Shown: piece after piece, positions 1-13,789 of the stretch
Layout of the letters: each line of letters opens with the position of its first letter
Numbering within the stretch: the first letter of the stretch is position 1
DNA from: Jimgerdemannia flammicorona
Lineage: Eukaryota
Direction: 5' to 3'
Assembly (NCBI GenBank): GCA_003990765.1
Contig: RBNJ01000089.1
Location: 1-42,463 of the forward strand
Length of the DNA: 42,463 nucleotides
Position numbers and translations under genes: made by a program
Notes under the pieces: model-generated
The model's input: the letters and a program-made list of their open reading frames with translations, nothing else
Databases searched by the model: none
What the model was told of the DNA's origin: nothing

Positions 1-2710
1 TGGGAGGAAGTAGATGTGTAGATATGAGATTGTTTCTGTTGGGTTATAACAACCAAAACATGTCAATACAATGTTTAGTAAATGGTATTGTACATATTAA
101 GTGAATGTTAGTACAAACCTTAGTAATTTGCAAATATTAAAAGAACACCTACCATCGTCCTCCCAACAGTATCCACTTTAGTCAAACTGTCTTTACCTCT
201 GACCACCTTCCTGGTCTCACCCTCTACCATGACTACAAACCACAAGATGTCATACTCAGGCTTATACTACATATGAATGATATACACACTCACCTTGATC
301 TTGTCAAAATTGCATACCATCCACACTATCAGCTCTGCATACTTGCCTTTTTCTATATAGTTTGTAGACACCCCATCATCTTCTACCATTGTCACTTCGA
401 ATCGCTTTTTGATATATTTGGCCATGAGTGGTGGTGGGTATATTTGTATAACCTGCTCATCATCCCTTTGCTCTCCTACATGCTGCATCACCTTGCCAAG
501 TAGGAGGAGTGTGCCTTCAAGCATCAGGAATGAAGAGTGCACATCCTTGAGTAGGGCTGAGAGCTCCACCTCCTGTCTGCCCATATGATGGCAACTGGTC
601 TGAAAGTGGTACCAGTTAGAGCCTATGGACAGATAAACCTTGCATATGGTAGCAGCGGGCTCATAAATGGAGGCAATGAGCATAGTGGAACTGAGCATGA
701 GGTCAAAGGATTAGTTGTACATCACCAGGTCATTTTGGAAATAGTAAAAGAGTGGGCAAAGGATTGGGTGGCCTGTGCAGTGGAACTCGATATAAAGGGA
801 ATATATGTGAGAGATGAGGTAGTAGTGGAAATGGATGGAGGAACAGATGGTCGGAAGGATGGAGGAATACTGTGTATATCATTGCAAATGATTGTAAATA
901 GTGAGAATGTTTGACAAGAGCTTCTAATGCTAAGTATATCATTTAATAGCTCAGTGCAATAATCTTACCATCTATGACTCCATAATAGTGTGATCCAAAT
1001 TCCACAAATGAATGCTAAACCTGGGATTGAAGATTCTGTTCTGTACCCAATGTACGAATAGTTCTGGCTCTGGCTTAGGCCCTGCAAAACCACCCACGTC
1101 ATGGCCATATGTACCAGGGAACATGGACAACCCAGCAGATATACCCATCAAAATATTGAACTTGACTGACTTCCACACTATGAAATTATCTTCACTCTAT
1201 GTCTGTGTGATATATTTGTGAATAAATAAAGTCACAGATCTTGTGATCATGAAGGGTTGCTGGCTCAGCACATATTTATGCATAGTTTCATACAATGCCT
1301 GTACCATCAGTAGGGTCTATAATGGTATGCCAACTACAGCCAAATTAGTCTTGTACAAGGGCAATGGGCAGTATAGGTTCATGGTAGACTTGACTTCATT
1401 GGCAAACGAATATATATCATCAAGCATGGTGAACTCATTGTTATCATTCCACAACCCCTCCAGGCCATACATGAGGAGCTTTATCTTAACATTTTCTTTC
1501 CACCAGTTGAACCCATTCTCGCTCATGAAATCAATGTAGGCACAGCTGGCGGACTTGCCAGTGCTGCTGCTCCACTGCATTACTTTGCCAGGGATGTTAT
1601 CCTCTTCATTCCAGATGAGGCCATGTATATCCTTCAGACTCTGGTAGTACAGATGGGCCTCGAGCAGCCAGGACTTGATGTTGGCGAAGACATGGATACT
1701 AGCATTTTTAAGCTTGACTATCAGGTCTTTGGGGTTTGAGAAGTATTTCTCGTTCTAGATAAAGATGTAGTACTGCTTGGTGTCTTTGTCGACAGTGTAG
1801 CTGGATGAAAGGTAGAGTCTATCGCAGGGAATATTATGCTGGTGGCAGAGATCAGGGAACTCCTTGAGAAGTATTTGTGTATTAGAGGCTTCAGCATAAC
1901 CCATAGAGGAGGCAAGGTAGCTGAATGAGTAGTGGGGAGGGAGGTGATCTGGCATATCCATCAATGAGGTGAAGCCTTCAATGATATCTTAGACAGAAGA
2001 GCTGAAAAAGATATAGTAATCAAGGGGCCCTACCTTGGCATGGTAGTAGTGATAGGGCCCCTACAGCTTAAAGCAACAATTGTAAAATAAGTGAGCATGA
2101 AAACTGCCACACATTACAAAACTAGAGTTAGTGATATATATACTTACAGTATCATTCTCATTGCCTAAATCTACTGTCATCCTTGACATATTGTTGTAAA
2201 AAATACCATGGATCAAGCTTGTGTCCTTTGACAGCATCAGATAGAATAGACAAAACTTGTACAGGGGGTCCAAGGTCTCTGCATCATAATCTATACAATC
2301 CAGATACTCTAGCCTGAACTGACAGCCTTTGAGGTTCAATTCACCAGTGCATTCCCCAAGACCATAGTATATGTCACCTTCAAGCTGTTTCATATAGTGC
2401 CAAACAGCACCTGTGATCAGATCTATGGGATATACATAGTTCAGTAGATCTTCCTGCAGGGGGATATCAGGGTGGCTCTAGACATACTAGATGATGTGTA
2501 GGTCCTTTTTGAAGTTGACAACAATATACAGGATTCTAGTTTTAATGACAAGCTTCTTATCCTCATTGTCAATCTCCAACATGAATATTGGGAGTACCCT
2601 GTCATCGATGAGGGTATAGCTTGGTAGCCATAGTTAGTGAGGTATATTGTGTAAAACACATACAGTGCTATCATTGATAATCTGAACTTGGAGTCTGTTA
2701 CCCTTTTCAT
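1..2710 (-). pseudogene. Glycoside hydrolase family 31 (alpha-glucosidase/xylosidase-like) pseudogene with introns, running off the left edge
   Basis: Fragments in GH31 order on the minus strand: IYYGLGECTGELNLKG (2061-2393), YLASSMGYAE (1755-1964), YIDF..GFNWW..LWNDNNE nucleophile region (1317-1580), GHDVGGFAGPKPEPELFVHWVQ..PRFSIH (972-1178), KVYLSIGSNWYHF (267-698). Many stops and frameshifts. Confidence 0.85.
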
Positions 2711-3181
2711 TTATAAATGTGATAAGATGTCTATCAGAGGAGTCATATGAAAAGTGTCTAGGGTTGTGCTGATGCATGGCTTACACATGTATGAAAAAGG
2801 ATACAACTGCCTAAAATTGTAACTATTGAATTTGTTAAAAATCTGGCATTACTATTTAAAAGGGTGGTTGCCTCATATTTCATCTTGTATATTCATCAGA
2901 ACTGCTTCTATAGAATATTACACTGACATCATTATGTTGGAGTGACCTATCATTACAAGCACTTATCTCATTTGAAATAAATACACCTTTATGTTAATTA
3001 TTATGACTACTAAGTATCTGGATTACAATACTCCATACATATGGTTCTGCAGAATTAAGTGACATAACTAGTATACACAGAAATGGGATTTTTATTTGAG
3101 AATATATTGTCCAAATAATTCTATAGACAATCGCACTCCACATACATATAATCTTTGAAGTACAACTAGCTATTTTTTAAA

Positions 3182-4400
3182 TCACAGATTGTATATATAT
3201 TTTTGAGACTTAGGCTGCTTAATGATTGTGGGGTCTGCTTGTGAGACAGTAGCCGGAGTTTTGGAACCACTTAAAGAAGCCTTAAGCTCTTCGAAATCAG
3301 CATCTTTAGGTTTCCATGCCCATTGCTTGGTAGAGAGGTAGCTAAAGTACCTGAAGACAATTTCTAAGAGAGTCCTTTGATACTGCTTATTATTCTTTAC
3401 ATTTTCCAACACCATCATAATCTGCTTCTTCTGTTGTAATACTTCTCGATTCTTGGAATTATTCCATGGCAGGTGTTACTCAAAGACTATATAGAGCAAG
3501 ATATACCCAAAACTCTCAAGATCATCAAGATAGAAGTGTTCTAATAAACAGATTTGAACCCAAAACCTCCTATAAGGAGAACAGCGAAATTCGGCTTTAT
3601 ACACATACTAAACATATTTATAACCTACCAAGTTTATTCATAGTAGCCACACTTGCAAACATTGGCATTCTGATGAAGACATCCCATGGATGCTGGCTGT
3701 AGTTTGTGAAATTTTTCATATTGGTACAGTAGCATATGGTCATGTTGAAAATGCAGAATTTGAACCCCTCAGATATATAGCTGTTGGATGCCAATATTGG
3801 CTGACTGAGATAGTTTTGTAAATTATGAAAATATAAAGGGTTATAGGAATGGTGACTCATTCAGTTAATGTATTTTGTGCTATCCCAGTGATTACCTAAG
3901 TCTTTATGAACATATCCATAATGATGGAAACTCCGAATATAGTCGATCTAGAAAATAAAAAAAGACATCATATTGCAAAGTAGATGAAAAATTCATATCT
4001 TATTATACAATAAGGTTATATTGTTTTTTAATATATATTTACCAACTTTACTATAATATCTAAGAATTTGTCTTCATTAATCACATTTTCTTTCTTAAGG
4101 TAACTATTCAAATCCATCTTCATTCATTCTATTACAATTATCCCCAAATCACCTTTCTGATATAAATCATAGAATTTGGGTATATGTGGTAGAGGAGTGT
4201 TTCCTATATTATAACAATCAGCATAAATATGTAATTGTTGCTTCTAACAATGAATATTTTCATTTCAGTCCACTAATCTTTAGTATTATTTCAAATACTA
4301 TATATATCCTTCTCTCTTAATACCATCTCTAATGATTCAGGATCTCTGGATTTTTTAATAAATGTCATAAGTGAAGCACGTGTAAGATATGAAAGCAATA
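3182..4400 (-). pseudogene. Protein kinase relic (casein kinase 1-like)
   Basis: Hand translation: ..KKSRDPESLEMVLREKDIY (~4370-4300), PHIPKFYDLYQKGDLGIIVIE*MKMDL (~4190-4110), intron, IDYIRSFHHYGYVHKDL (~3947-3897, HRD-like), STKYIN*MSHHSYNPLYFHNLQ (GTxxYxS..H..DDLES-like), ..QHPW. The DFG region appears to be missing. Confidence 0.45.
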
Positions 4401-5199
4401 TATATAATACATGATCAATATGTTGAATCTACTAATTTTAGTGCAAATTTCTTCAAGTCTATAGTATAGTCAGATATAGTAGTAGTCATAGATGCAACTG
4501 TTTTGCATGCAATATCAGAATCTAACAAGTAAAATATATACAGAAGAGACTGGTGGATATACCTGAATATACAACTGATATAAGCCCTTCTCCGAGCTTT
4601 TTACCAAGTTTGATGTTTTTTTACCATTTCTTCAAAAGAGCAGTATATTGATCTATTGTAAGAAAGAATTTATATTGAAGTAGTTTTGGCTTATGCTTTT
4701 ATCATTTAACATAAGTGGTATAATTAGTGATGTCATCATTACATAGTCGACCTTTATGTGATATAATCATCAAATTTGTAAAATGTCCAAAAAAATATAG
4801 ATAATTGCAACAAAGCTAGTTTAATATTTATTACTACTAAAATATATCTGATTTAACTACAATATTAAGTATATCATCATATTCATCATAATATAATTCA
4901 CAAAATTCATCATATACATCCTCTTGATACTCTACCAATCTGACATCACACTGTTGTTATTGTTGTCATTTATGCACCATCCATAGCACATTCAGGACAT
5001 ACAATCCTGACACAGTTGCAGCAATCTTGTATAGTGCAAATAGTTGTACATCACTCTGTCTAACAGCTTTCTACAAAATAAGCACCAAAACACACACCAT
5101 TTTATTGATTACACCTGGAATATATTACCACTAGACACACAGTAGCAGAACTGTAATAATAAATGACAAGATCATCTGATTTTGTAAATGCACCATTGT

Positions 5200-8100
5200 G
5201 CTCCTAGTGTTTGACTAGATTGTATAGCTTCGAGACATCAAGTCATGGGAATATTATATTTGGGGATAAAATAGATATTGGTCTGAGCTCTGATAGAACC
5301 ATTCTTTCACCTTGTATCAACATGATAAAATATATAACCCCAATAGGTTCTGTGTCTGAGTCAGACTCAAAACATATCACAGAAGTCAGAATAATTAGAT
5401 TGTAATCTATAAACAGTATAATTATATTAATACAGATGCTGGGATTATTGCTGTCCACTATAACAATACAGTTTATCTCTATTGACAATCTATACAATAT
5501 TTCCATTTATTCAATTTCAGACTATACTGTTGTACTCTCCTTGTAAATATCCTTGATGGCTAGTGTATAGAGTATATTGCTATTGATAATATCTCATATA
5601 GACATCTATATAGTAGTTTGTATATCTGTATACAACTCAATGAGTTTTATATAAGACTCCAGGATATGGTGTAGTAGAAGGATGCAGAATACAGTTTATT
5701 GTAGTTGTAATTGAACTATTAAAATTTCAGATAATAATTATTGATCTATATTACTACTATTGCTGCTGCTCTATTTAATACTATTCACTAATAGTTATAT
5801 AGTATTCACTAATATAAGTAATATAGTAGCTATGATATAGCCCTACTCTTCAATATACTATAAGTATCTCAACCTAGTATATACAATAAAATCTAATGTA
5901 TCATATTCATCATGAATTCTAATTTCTAATATAAATATGCAAAGTTATCATTAATAGTTTATAGCCTTCTTAGTATCTTTAATAATGTTCTTCTTCTCAA
6001 AGTAATTGATATTTATCAGAAGTATAATGGCTATAGATAGTAAATTCTCATTTATAGTATAGATATCAGTCAATAGATAAGAAATATCTATCTTGCCACC
6101 AGCTTCCATATCTACTCTGAGGTTATCAACAGCCTGCAGTAGAAGAATTATATCATTATCATCATAGTTGACACTAGTTTCAAATAACTTGAAATATAGT
6201 AATATATCAAACTTAACAATATTGATAGTATGTAACTTGGATAATATTTACATAAAAAATATAAGTACTTCCTATATTTGGGCTAGTTTATCATCAAATA
6301 TATATATATATTAGTATCAGGATTATACTTAGAGATTACAGATTTGTAGTGCTTTCTATCAACCTATACTATAAAAATAAAATTCTAAAATATATATCAA
6401 TATTTAGAGAACTTTGTATTGATCATATATATACATATATATATATACATAGATAGTTACTGTCTGTAGACAGCTGATATTGTTAACTAGTATTATAGAT
6501 ATCTTTCTGCAATTTGTAGTATTATTAAACACTATCAATATCTTATATAATGGTAATTTCATCTACACAATTCTGTCTGTTATAAAACATTTAGAATGTA
6601 CAGTCAATATTCCAATTGTTGTACTTTTGGTATGATTTATTAAGTAATAATATATTGTTATTGATTTCAGTAAATAAAATAGTATACAATAGCTTTTTGG
6701 TAATTCATCTTCAAGCTTTTATATATATTCAATATAGACTATTACATCATGATCATTGAGAGTCAGTTTTCTGAGTTATATTTCTATATATTTAGGGGAG
6801 AGCAACTCAAGTTTCTGAAACAGCTAGACTATTAGAGATAGGAAGATATATACTCTTAGTATCTTTGTGATCAAATATATATATTAGCTAATATCAATAG
6901 TAAGAGTCATCAGGACCACCTAATCTGATAATGTAAAGATATATAATAGTATAACTATATCAAGAAAGTTGAGATTGTACTTTTGGGTAATATAGATATA
7001 AGTAATATTATTAGTAATAGTAATCAGAACATCAATAGCATTATATAAAATTAGCTCAGAGTTATATATACTCTATAAGAATCTGACTAATCTATTTAAT
7101 TTAGTATGGTTATAGATTCCTAGACAATATAAGTATATGAATAACTTGCCTGCTATATCTGAATTATATTCTTGTAAGATAAAAATAAGCTTGTTATTGA
7201 GTTTGTTACAAATATATAAATAATCCCTCTGATTATTTTGGAGATCAATTGCTACATAATACTCTATATTATATTAGATAGTAATGTCAAAGACAGTGAT
7301 CTTGATAACCTCAGACTCTAGAATATAGCTATCTCTCAGCTATACAATAAATATCTTACTCTGTTTCCCATACTTCTCATCAAGGTAACTTAAAAATAAA
7401 GCAATATTGTTAAATTAAGTTATAGTATACTCAACAATAGAGCCATCCAATAATTAGATTATAAAGATATAGCTGTTTATGTTTTATTTTGTTTATAGAT
7501 ATGTATCTTCTTTATTATGTACTATAATATTTTATTTATAATCAAATTTCTAACACATTACTCAGTAACTTTACTATCATTTATATAATAATCCAAATTA
7601 TATATCTATTGTCAAATAAGATGAATATGAGATTTTATGAGACTTACTTATTATATAATATAATGAAAGTACTTGAGGTCTAGTATTTATATATCTGAGA
7701 TCTATATTTTGATATAAATATAAGGCTATATATGATATTCTAAAATCATATATCTGATTATATATATAACAGTCACCCAATGCTAATATAAAAATAACAT
7801 TCACAATAATATATATAGAATTTCTAGAGATATATACTGATGCAACATATATTGTTTAGATATATAAGGATAGATATCTTCTATTTATATCAGTATGAGG
7901 CTGATAAAGAAAAGTGATCTCAAGCTACTACTTACAAATAGTACAATATTTATATAGAAACAAACTACAGTTAACTGATATTATGACTGATACTACTGGA
8001 GTCTATCTCATCAGACTGGTATCTTCTAGTTGTATTGTAAAATAAGTTAGATATACTGAAGTAATAATTAAATAGTTGAACTAAGCTCATACTGGAAATA

Positions 8101-8740
8101 GAGAGAAAGAGCTTCTATTGACTAATATACTCACTCTATAATAGAGTATACTCTTATAAAGAGAGTAGTCTAATGTGTAAGATGATAATAGTTAATATCA
8201 ATAATAAGACATTTATAGTATATAACTATTATAAGTCAGAGAAAGAGACTGTCCATCTACTATCCCAACTAAATAAAAATATAGTACTATTACTATTTCA
8301 TTTCACCATAATATAAAGTATATACTAATTATATTACAAATATTACCAAAAATATAATAAGCAAGATATTTATAAATAATGTATAAATCACTATCAGATA
8401 TATATATACTAAGATACTGATCCCATATACCCCCCCTCCCTTGATTATATTTTTCACTTAAATTCCAATACACTCATTCTCTCTCATATCTCTAGATAAT
8501 AACTCTAAGAGTCACAAAGTCACAACTATGATATACCTATATTTAACAATGTGCAGATTAATATTTTTATAATTCCAATATAAAATACATTTTTACATAT
8601 TTATTATAATATGTCTTACTTAATGGAGACAAATTACAAGATTGGGGGTTAATATAGTTTGGTTTGAGTCTTTAGTTATTTTATCAAAAAGTAATAAAAT
8701 GTTCTGAGATTTCTGAGGTTCTTGGTATTTAGTGATATAA
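5200..8740. other. Extremely AT-rich, CpG-poor eroded tract, probably a hypermutated gene or TE relic of unrecoverable identity
   Basis: Almost no CpG by eye, excess TA/TG/CA dinucleotides, only short uninformative ORFs. Confidence 0.5.
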
Positions 8741-8757
8741 TAGTTAATCTAGATATA

Positions 8758-9544
8758 TGTAATAACTCTCACTTCTACCCCTCTCTTATTCTTTGGATAA
8801 TTAGAGAAGTAGACTATTACTTAGGGACTTAGTATACAATGTGTACCAAGAAGCCTTTAGTTTGAGGAAGTGCTCACTTAAAGTAGTTGTAGCAGCAGTG
8901 CCTTCTGTTTCAAAGGTCTTTCTCTGGTTTGCCTTCTGTTTCAAAGGTCTTTCTCTTGTGCCCTATTTCAAGGGTCTTGTTCTTTGCTATGTACAGACTG
9001 AATTTGCCTTGGAAGTCAGGTTCAATGAGTTTACTTAAGTCTTTGGGGATTTATATACCAGTCTCAGTTCTGGCAGAAGTTAGCTAGACTTCTGGAGTTT
9101 AGTCAGAAATACTAGAGTCACTTAGGTGTCATTACTAAGACTCAGGGGAAATGTATGTGTGTGGGGGAACTTGATTCTTATATCAAGGACTGAACTAAAA
9201 CTACTTTATTTCAGATGGAAACTGGGGGGTATTTATACAAGTTGGTCTGTGATTTCTGACTAAGTATGAGTGACTAATTTAGTTACTATAATGAGGTTTG
9301 TAATTGCAACCTTTGTCAGGTGGTTTTTGGTAAAGAATAACTTTGTAATCAGGACCTCAATTACTAGGCAATAATCAACAGCTGTGGTAACAGTTGCTGC
9401 AGCACCGATTGTTGGGGATAAGCTAGATATCATTTTCTATATCATTTCACATCATTCATAATATTGTATACCATGCTTTGTTCATATGATGACATCATTG
9501 CTCATTGGGTCACATTATCACTTGTTGCACCTCATTCTATTACA
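8758..9544 (-). repeat. 3' LTR (complete, 787 bp)
   Basis: Inverted termini TGTAATAA...CTATTACA on the + strand, directly next to the PPT; contains an internal 31-bp-period duplication (gccttctgtttcaaaggtctttctct) also present in the other LTR. Confidence 0.9.
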
Positions 9545-9557
9545 TCCTTCTCTCCTT
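9545..9557 (-). other. Polypurine tract (PPT)
   Basis: AAGGAGAGAAGGA on the minus strand immediately before the TGTAATAG start of the LTR. Confidence 0.85.
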
Positions 9558-9618
9558 AGAAATCAATATCCTCGTTGATTGAGAAATTGAGAACCAGAGG
9601 AGAGAAAGGTGGGGAATC

Positions 9619-10386
9619 CTACTCAGAGTTGTTGGCATCTTCTTCAGTAGCAGGAGGGGTGGCAGTTACTGATGACTCACTGTTCAGGATGGAGAAGTCA
9701 ATGAGGTCTGCAAATGGTTCTTGCATTGGGATAGGTGCTGGTATAGGGGTTCTCCATCTGATGCAGTTGGGGCCATCCAAGTAGAGTTCTTGGTTCTCAT
9801 ATCTGGAAATATCCATTCAGATGGGTGGTCCTTCAAAGAGATCAGAGAGGCCTTGGAGCCATTGGTCAGGGTTGTTATTCAGAAGAGGGCTCCAGTAGGG
9901 TTCACAGTCAGTAGACTTGAGAGTGATCCAGGAATTGGCTTCTTGGGCTACCTTGATCTCTAGTTAATTAACCTCAAAGAAGGAGAGGTTCTGGAAGTCC
10001 TTCAGTTGGACATAGTTGAGGTTGGGGATTGTAAAGGGTGCATGGTGCATAATTCAGTGGACCTTCTTGATAAGTCTCTACTCGCTCCCATCCAGGTGGG
10101 TCCAATCAGAGACTTGGTCCATGGGCAGGTCCTTTGTCTGTTGGAGGAGTTGATGGCCAATCTCGTATTCATACCAGATCTCTAGGTGGCTGGTGGCAAG
10201 GTAGGCTCTTTCAATGACTTTGTGGTGGTTGAGAACATAGTGTCCTAGGTCCTGGCTGGAGAGGTCAAGGGCCTCTGAGTGGCAGTTCCTTCCTTAGATA
10301 GCAACTTGGATGTGTCCAAAGAGGTGGTCAATCTGGCTTGGGAGGGGCTGACTATGGTGGGCAGTTTGGTGGCAGGTGGCAGGTAT
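9619..10386 (-). pseudogene. Accessory ORF downstream of pol (~255 codons, unknown function)
   Basis: One frame (IPATCHQTAHHSQPLPSQIDHLFGHIQ...WYEYEIG...EEDANNSE*) broken by five stops, all explicable as C>T changes; TATAAATA at 10451-10458 upstream on the same strand. Confidence 0.65.
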
Positions 10387-10894
10387 TCTTATCTTATCTT
10401 TTCTTTGTAAAGAGAGGGGGATGAGAGTTGTGGGGTATTCTTGCCTAGGGTATTTATACTTATTCATCCATCTGATGTGACCTTCCTTGGGTCATACTTT
10501 CTGACAAAAATGCATGACCTATTACTGTAAGCAGGGCATGTGCTAGTCACATGAGAAAATTCTGATTTCAAAGATCTCATTACCCATAGTTGTGGTTACA
10601 CAGGGTTAACAGGTCTTGGTCCACTTTTTTTTTTATCTGGTTGGCACATTTGCGAGAACTGGCCATCCTTGTTTAGGGTGAGAGCTCCTATTGTCATGGC
10701 TGGGGTTTCAAACCTCTCAGAAATAGACTTTCTTATAATCTGAGGCAATTCCTAGTAACAATATCTGTTATATAGATGGGCTTAGACTGGTTTCGACATT
10801 GTCAGCTTTTCTAAGTTCCATATGAAGCATCCATCATCATCTAGTAGAGATAACACAGATGGTATGAAATAGAGTTGTTTAAATGTGTTTTGCT

Positions 10895-12101
10895 TTTTTT
10901 TTTTTTTTTTTTAACGGACTCATAGTTCCATAGATTTTTATTGGAAGAGAACCTAGACTATATAGGCCAAAACCCTCCCCCACCACCCACCAAACAATAT
11001 CTCCCCATTAACCTAGGCTACTAAATCATCCAGCAGTCTCACCACTCCAGCTATGCTTGTCAAACACTGGCTATGTTGACCCCCATGACATAGACTAGAC
11101 TTGTCTGCTCACCAGGGCTGAATCATCATTTACACATGAGAGCACACCTATATGTCAGATCTAGCAGCACTGGGACTGAATAAAGAATAGCCCCCCAAAC
11201 CTCAAAAGAAAGCCTGAGGCAAAGAAAAAACCCCCCAACCAACCAACAGAGAGCAAAGTAGATTCAAAGTGGGTGAGTAAAGGACTTACACATAGCACCT
11301 TCCTCAAAGAACTTATACATGGGCTAGGGCCTAACAAGACCCCACTCCTACTCTCCGAGCCTGCAGGCCTCGATCACATTGCTGTGTCAGCTCCTGGTTT
11401 CAGTCGGATACTGCCAAATGAGGAAGGCCCCACTCCCCAAGCCTGCGGGCCTCAATCATATTGCTGCGTCAGCTCCCAGTTCCAATTGGGTACAGCCAGA
11501 ATGCTGGCCCCTGCACCACCCCACCCCCCACCAGCCAATCAAAAGGCCCCACCAAGATATCCTCTGCCCCAGCCCCGATGACTGTCCCCAGCCTGGCACC
11601 CCACTGGTTCACCATAATCACCCTTCCTCTTATCTGTGATGGCCATCTCCCCTCCCATCCTGACATCACTCAAAAAACAGTCACCTATGCCAGAACCGTA
11701 CTCACCAGGAAGCTTGCCAAAGCCAGAGGGCCCCACCACAGGTACTGAGGACCTGCAGATAACCTACACTGAGCACTTGATGCCCAAGGTCAGCTAACTC
11801 CTACATAGCCTAAGATATACCAAGACAACACCTTGTTGGTGACAGCAAAAGGAAGAAGGTACCACACCAAAACAAATGCACTCCAGATATAGCTGAAGAC
11901 ACCAGAAATCATGAAAAAGTGGAAAAGACACCAATCTGACACTGATAAAGGGGCAACTCATCACCATTGCCCTCCTCCCACCATACCCATGCAGGCACAG
12001 CAAACCAACCCAAGGTAGAGGGGGTAATAATAGGGGAAAGGGGACTTGGAAGGTTGTCTACCAAACCTTGTGACTAGTAAGGTAGTAGAGAAAGGGACAT
12101 C
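10895..12101 (-). mobile_element. 5'-truncated non-LTR retroelement (LINE 3' end or retroposed sequence) nested in the LTR element
   Basis: Poly(T) run at 10894-10912 (poly(A) tail on the minus strand) and a 14-bp target-site duplication AAATGTGTTTTGCT at 10881-10894 and 12102-12115; C-rich composition unlike the flanks. Confidence 0.85.
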
Positions 12102-12305
12102 AAATGTGTTTTGCTATACTGTACTAGATTGTTCTTTTGCTCAGATATCTTCTTGTTAGTTATCTATAGTATTCCCTTTTCATCGCAATTTTTGGTATTA
12201 TATGTTTCTAGATAAGATATATAGTATCCTTCTGTTCACTATGTACTCCAATACTTAGAGCTATAGTTCCTTCCTTTGTTGGGGGGTGAGTGTTTCCAAA
12301 TAATC

Positions 12306-13520
12306 CTAGAGAGCTTTGCGTGCATTCTTTAGGGCTTCTTCTTTTTCCCAGATAGCATCATGGGTGGGGTAACCCATCCACTTGATCAGGAAAAAATGCT
12401 TGGTCATTTTGGGATATTTGCAGACCTTGTGGTCAAGTACTTCCTCAATTTCAAATTTCTTATAATCATTGATCCTAATTGGGGGTAGTGGTGAAATTGT
12501 GTACTTGGGAAATGGGTTCTCATGGTAGTCCACCAATTGGCTGATATGGAATACTGGGTATACTCAGATATTATGGGGAAGTTGCAACTTGTAGTTAACT
12601 TTGCTGATTTTTTCCATGATCTTATATGGTTCAATTCTTCTAGTATGGAGTTTCTTGGCTGGTTGTTGTGCCAGGGTGTTTGGGTGGAGGTAGTCTGTTC
12701 TAAGCATGACTATGTCACTAATATTGTAGAAGGCTTCTCTTCGCTTCAAGTTCGCATACTTGGTCTGATAGTCTTGTGCTTCTATGAGAGCATCTCTTGT
12801 CATTTGGGTAAGGTCAGAAATGGTCTCGGCCAGATCTTGGGCTGCTGGAACTGCTGATTTTGCAGTAGTACTTGGGATCCTTGGGTGTTGACCATGGTTC
12901 AGGAAAAATAGAGTCTTCTTTGTAGAGGTTTGCTGACTGTTGTTATAGGCAAACTCAGCATGGACTAGGTACTTGTCCCAATCATTTTGCTTGTAATAGC
13001 AAAAGATGCTAAGCATCTGTTTGAGAGTCTGTTGGTATGCTCAGTTTGACCGTTAGTCTGAGGGTGGTAGGTAGTAGAGAACTTCAGCTTGGTTCCATGG
13101 AGAGAGAAAAATGCCTTCCAGAAGTTGCTTGTAAACTTGGCATCTCAGTCAGATATAATAGTGCTAGATATGCCATATAGTCTGAATACTTGATTGAGGA
13201 AAATCTCAGCAATCTCTGGTGCTGTAGTAGTGGTCTTGATGGGTGCAAAATGGGCTTGTTTACTTAGGCAGTTCATGAATACCACAACGGCATCTCATCC
13301 TGTCTTGGTCTTGGGGAGTTGGACAATAAAGTCCATTGCAATCTGATCCCAATTGTGACTTGGGATAGGCAAGGGTTGCAGGAGTCCTGCTGGTAGCTTA
13401 TTACCACTTTTAAACCTTTGGCATATCTTGCATGAGGCCACAAAGTCTTTGATGTCTTTGGTCATCTTTAGCAGTAGAACTCTCTTGAGAGGAGGTTGTA
13501 GGTTTTTTCGAAACCAAAGT
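12306..13520 (-). pseudogene. Integrase plus C-terminal chromodomain of the Gypsy element
   Basis: Zn-binding region (YDTPAAGYFGFEKTY...CKIC), core ..MDFIVQLPKT.., [24 protein letters not shown]-like IEPYKIMEKISKVNYKLQLP, chromodomain FEIEEVLDHK..FLIKWMGYPTHDAIWEKEEALKNA. Confidence 0.93.
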
Positions 13521-13789
13521 ATCCTGCTGCAGGAGTATCATAGAGTTCCTGTATGATCTTGAGTTGTAGAGTATTATTGTTGGGTACAACCACTCTATCA
13601 TAGTCTCTGTAGATAAGTCTATCATGGTAAGTGAATCTCTTGGCCATTTGCCTCATGGGTTCTGGAACCTCAGCCTCTGAGTCTTGGCAGAATTGAAGAA
13701 AATTCATCAGGAGGCTGTCTTGCTGGTAGCCTTCCTTGATCATCTGGGTGAGGTCTCTAATTACCTTGACCATAAAGATAAGTTCATCT

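Noticed and set aside
8841-9038. ORF duplicated at 18063-18260
   Set aside because: It lies inside the LTRs, antisense to the element; the duplication is explained by the LTRs.
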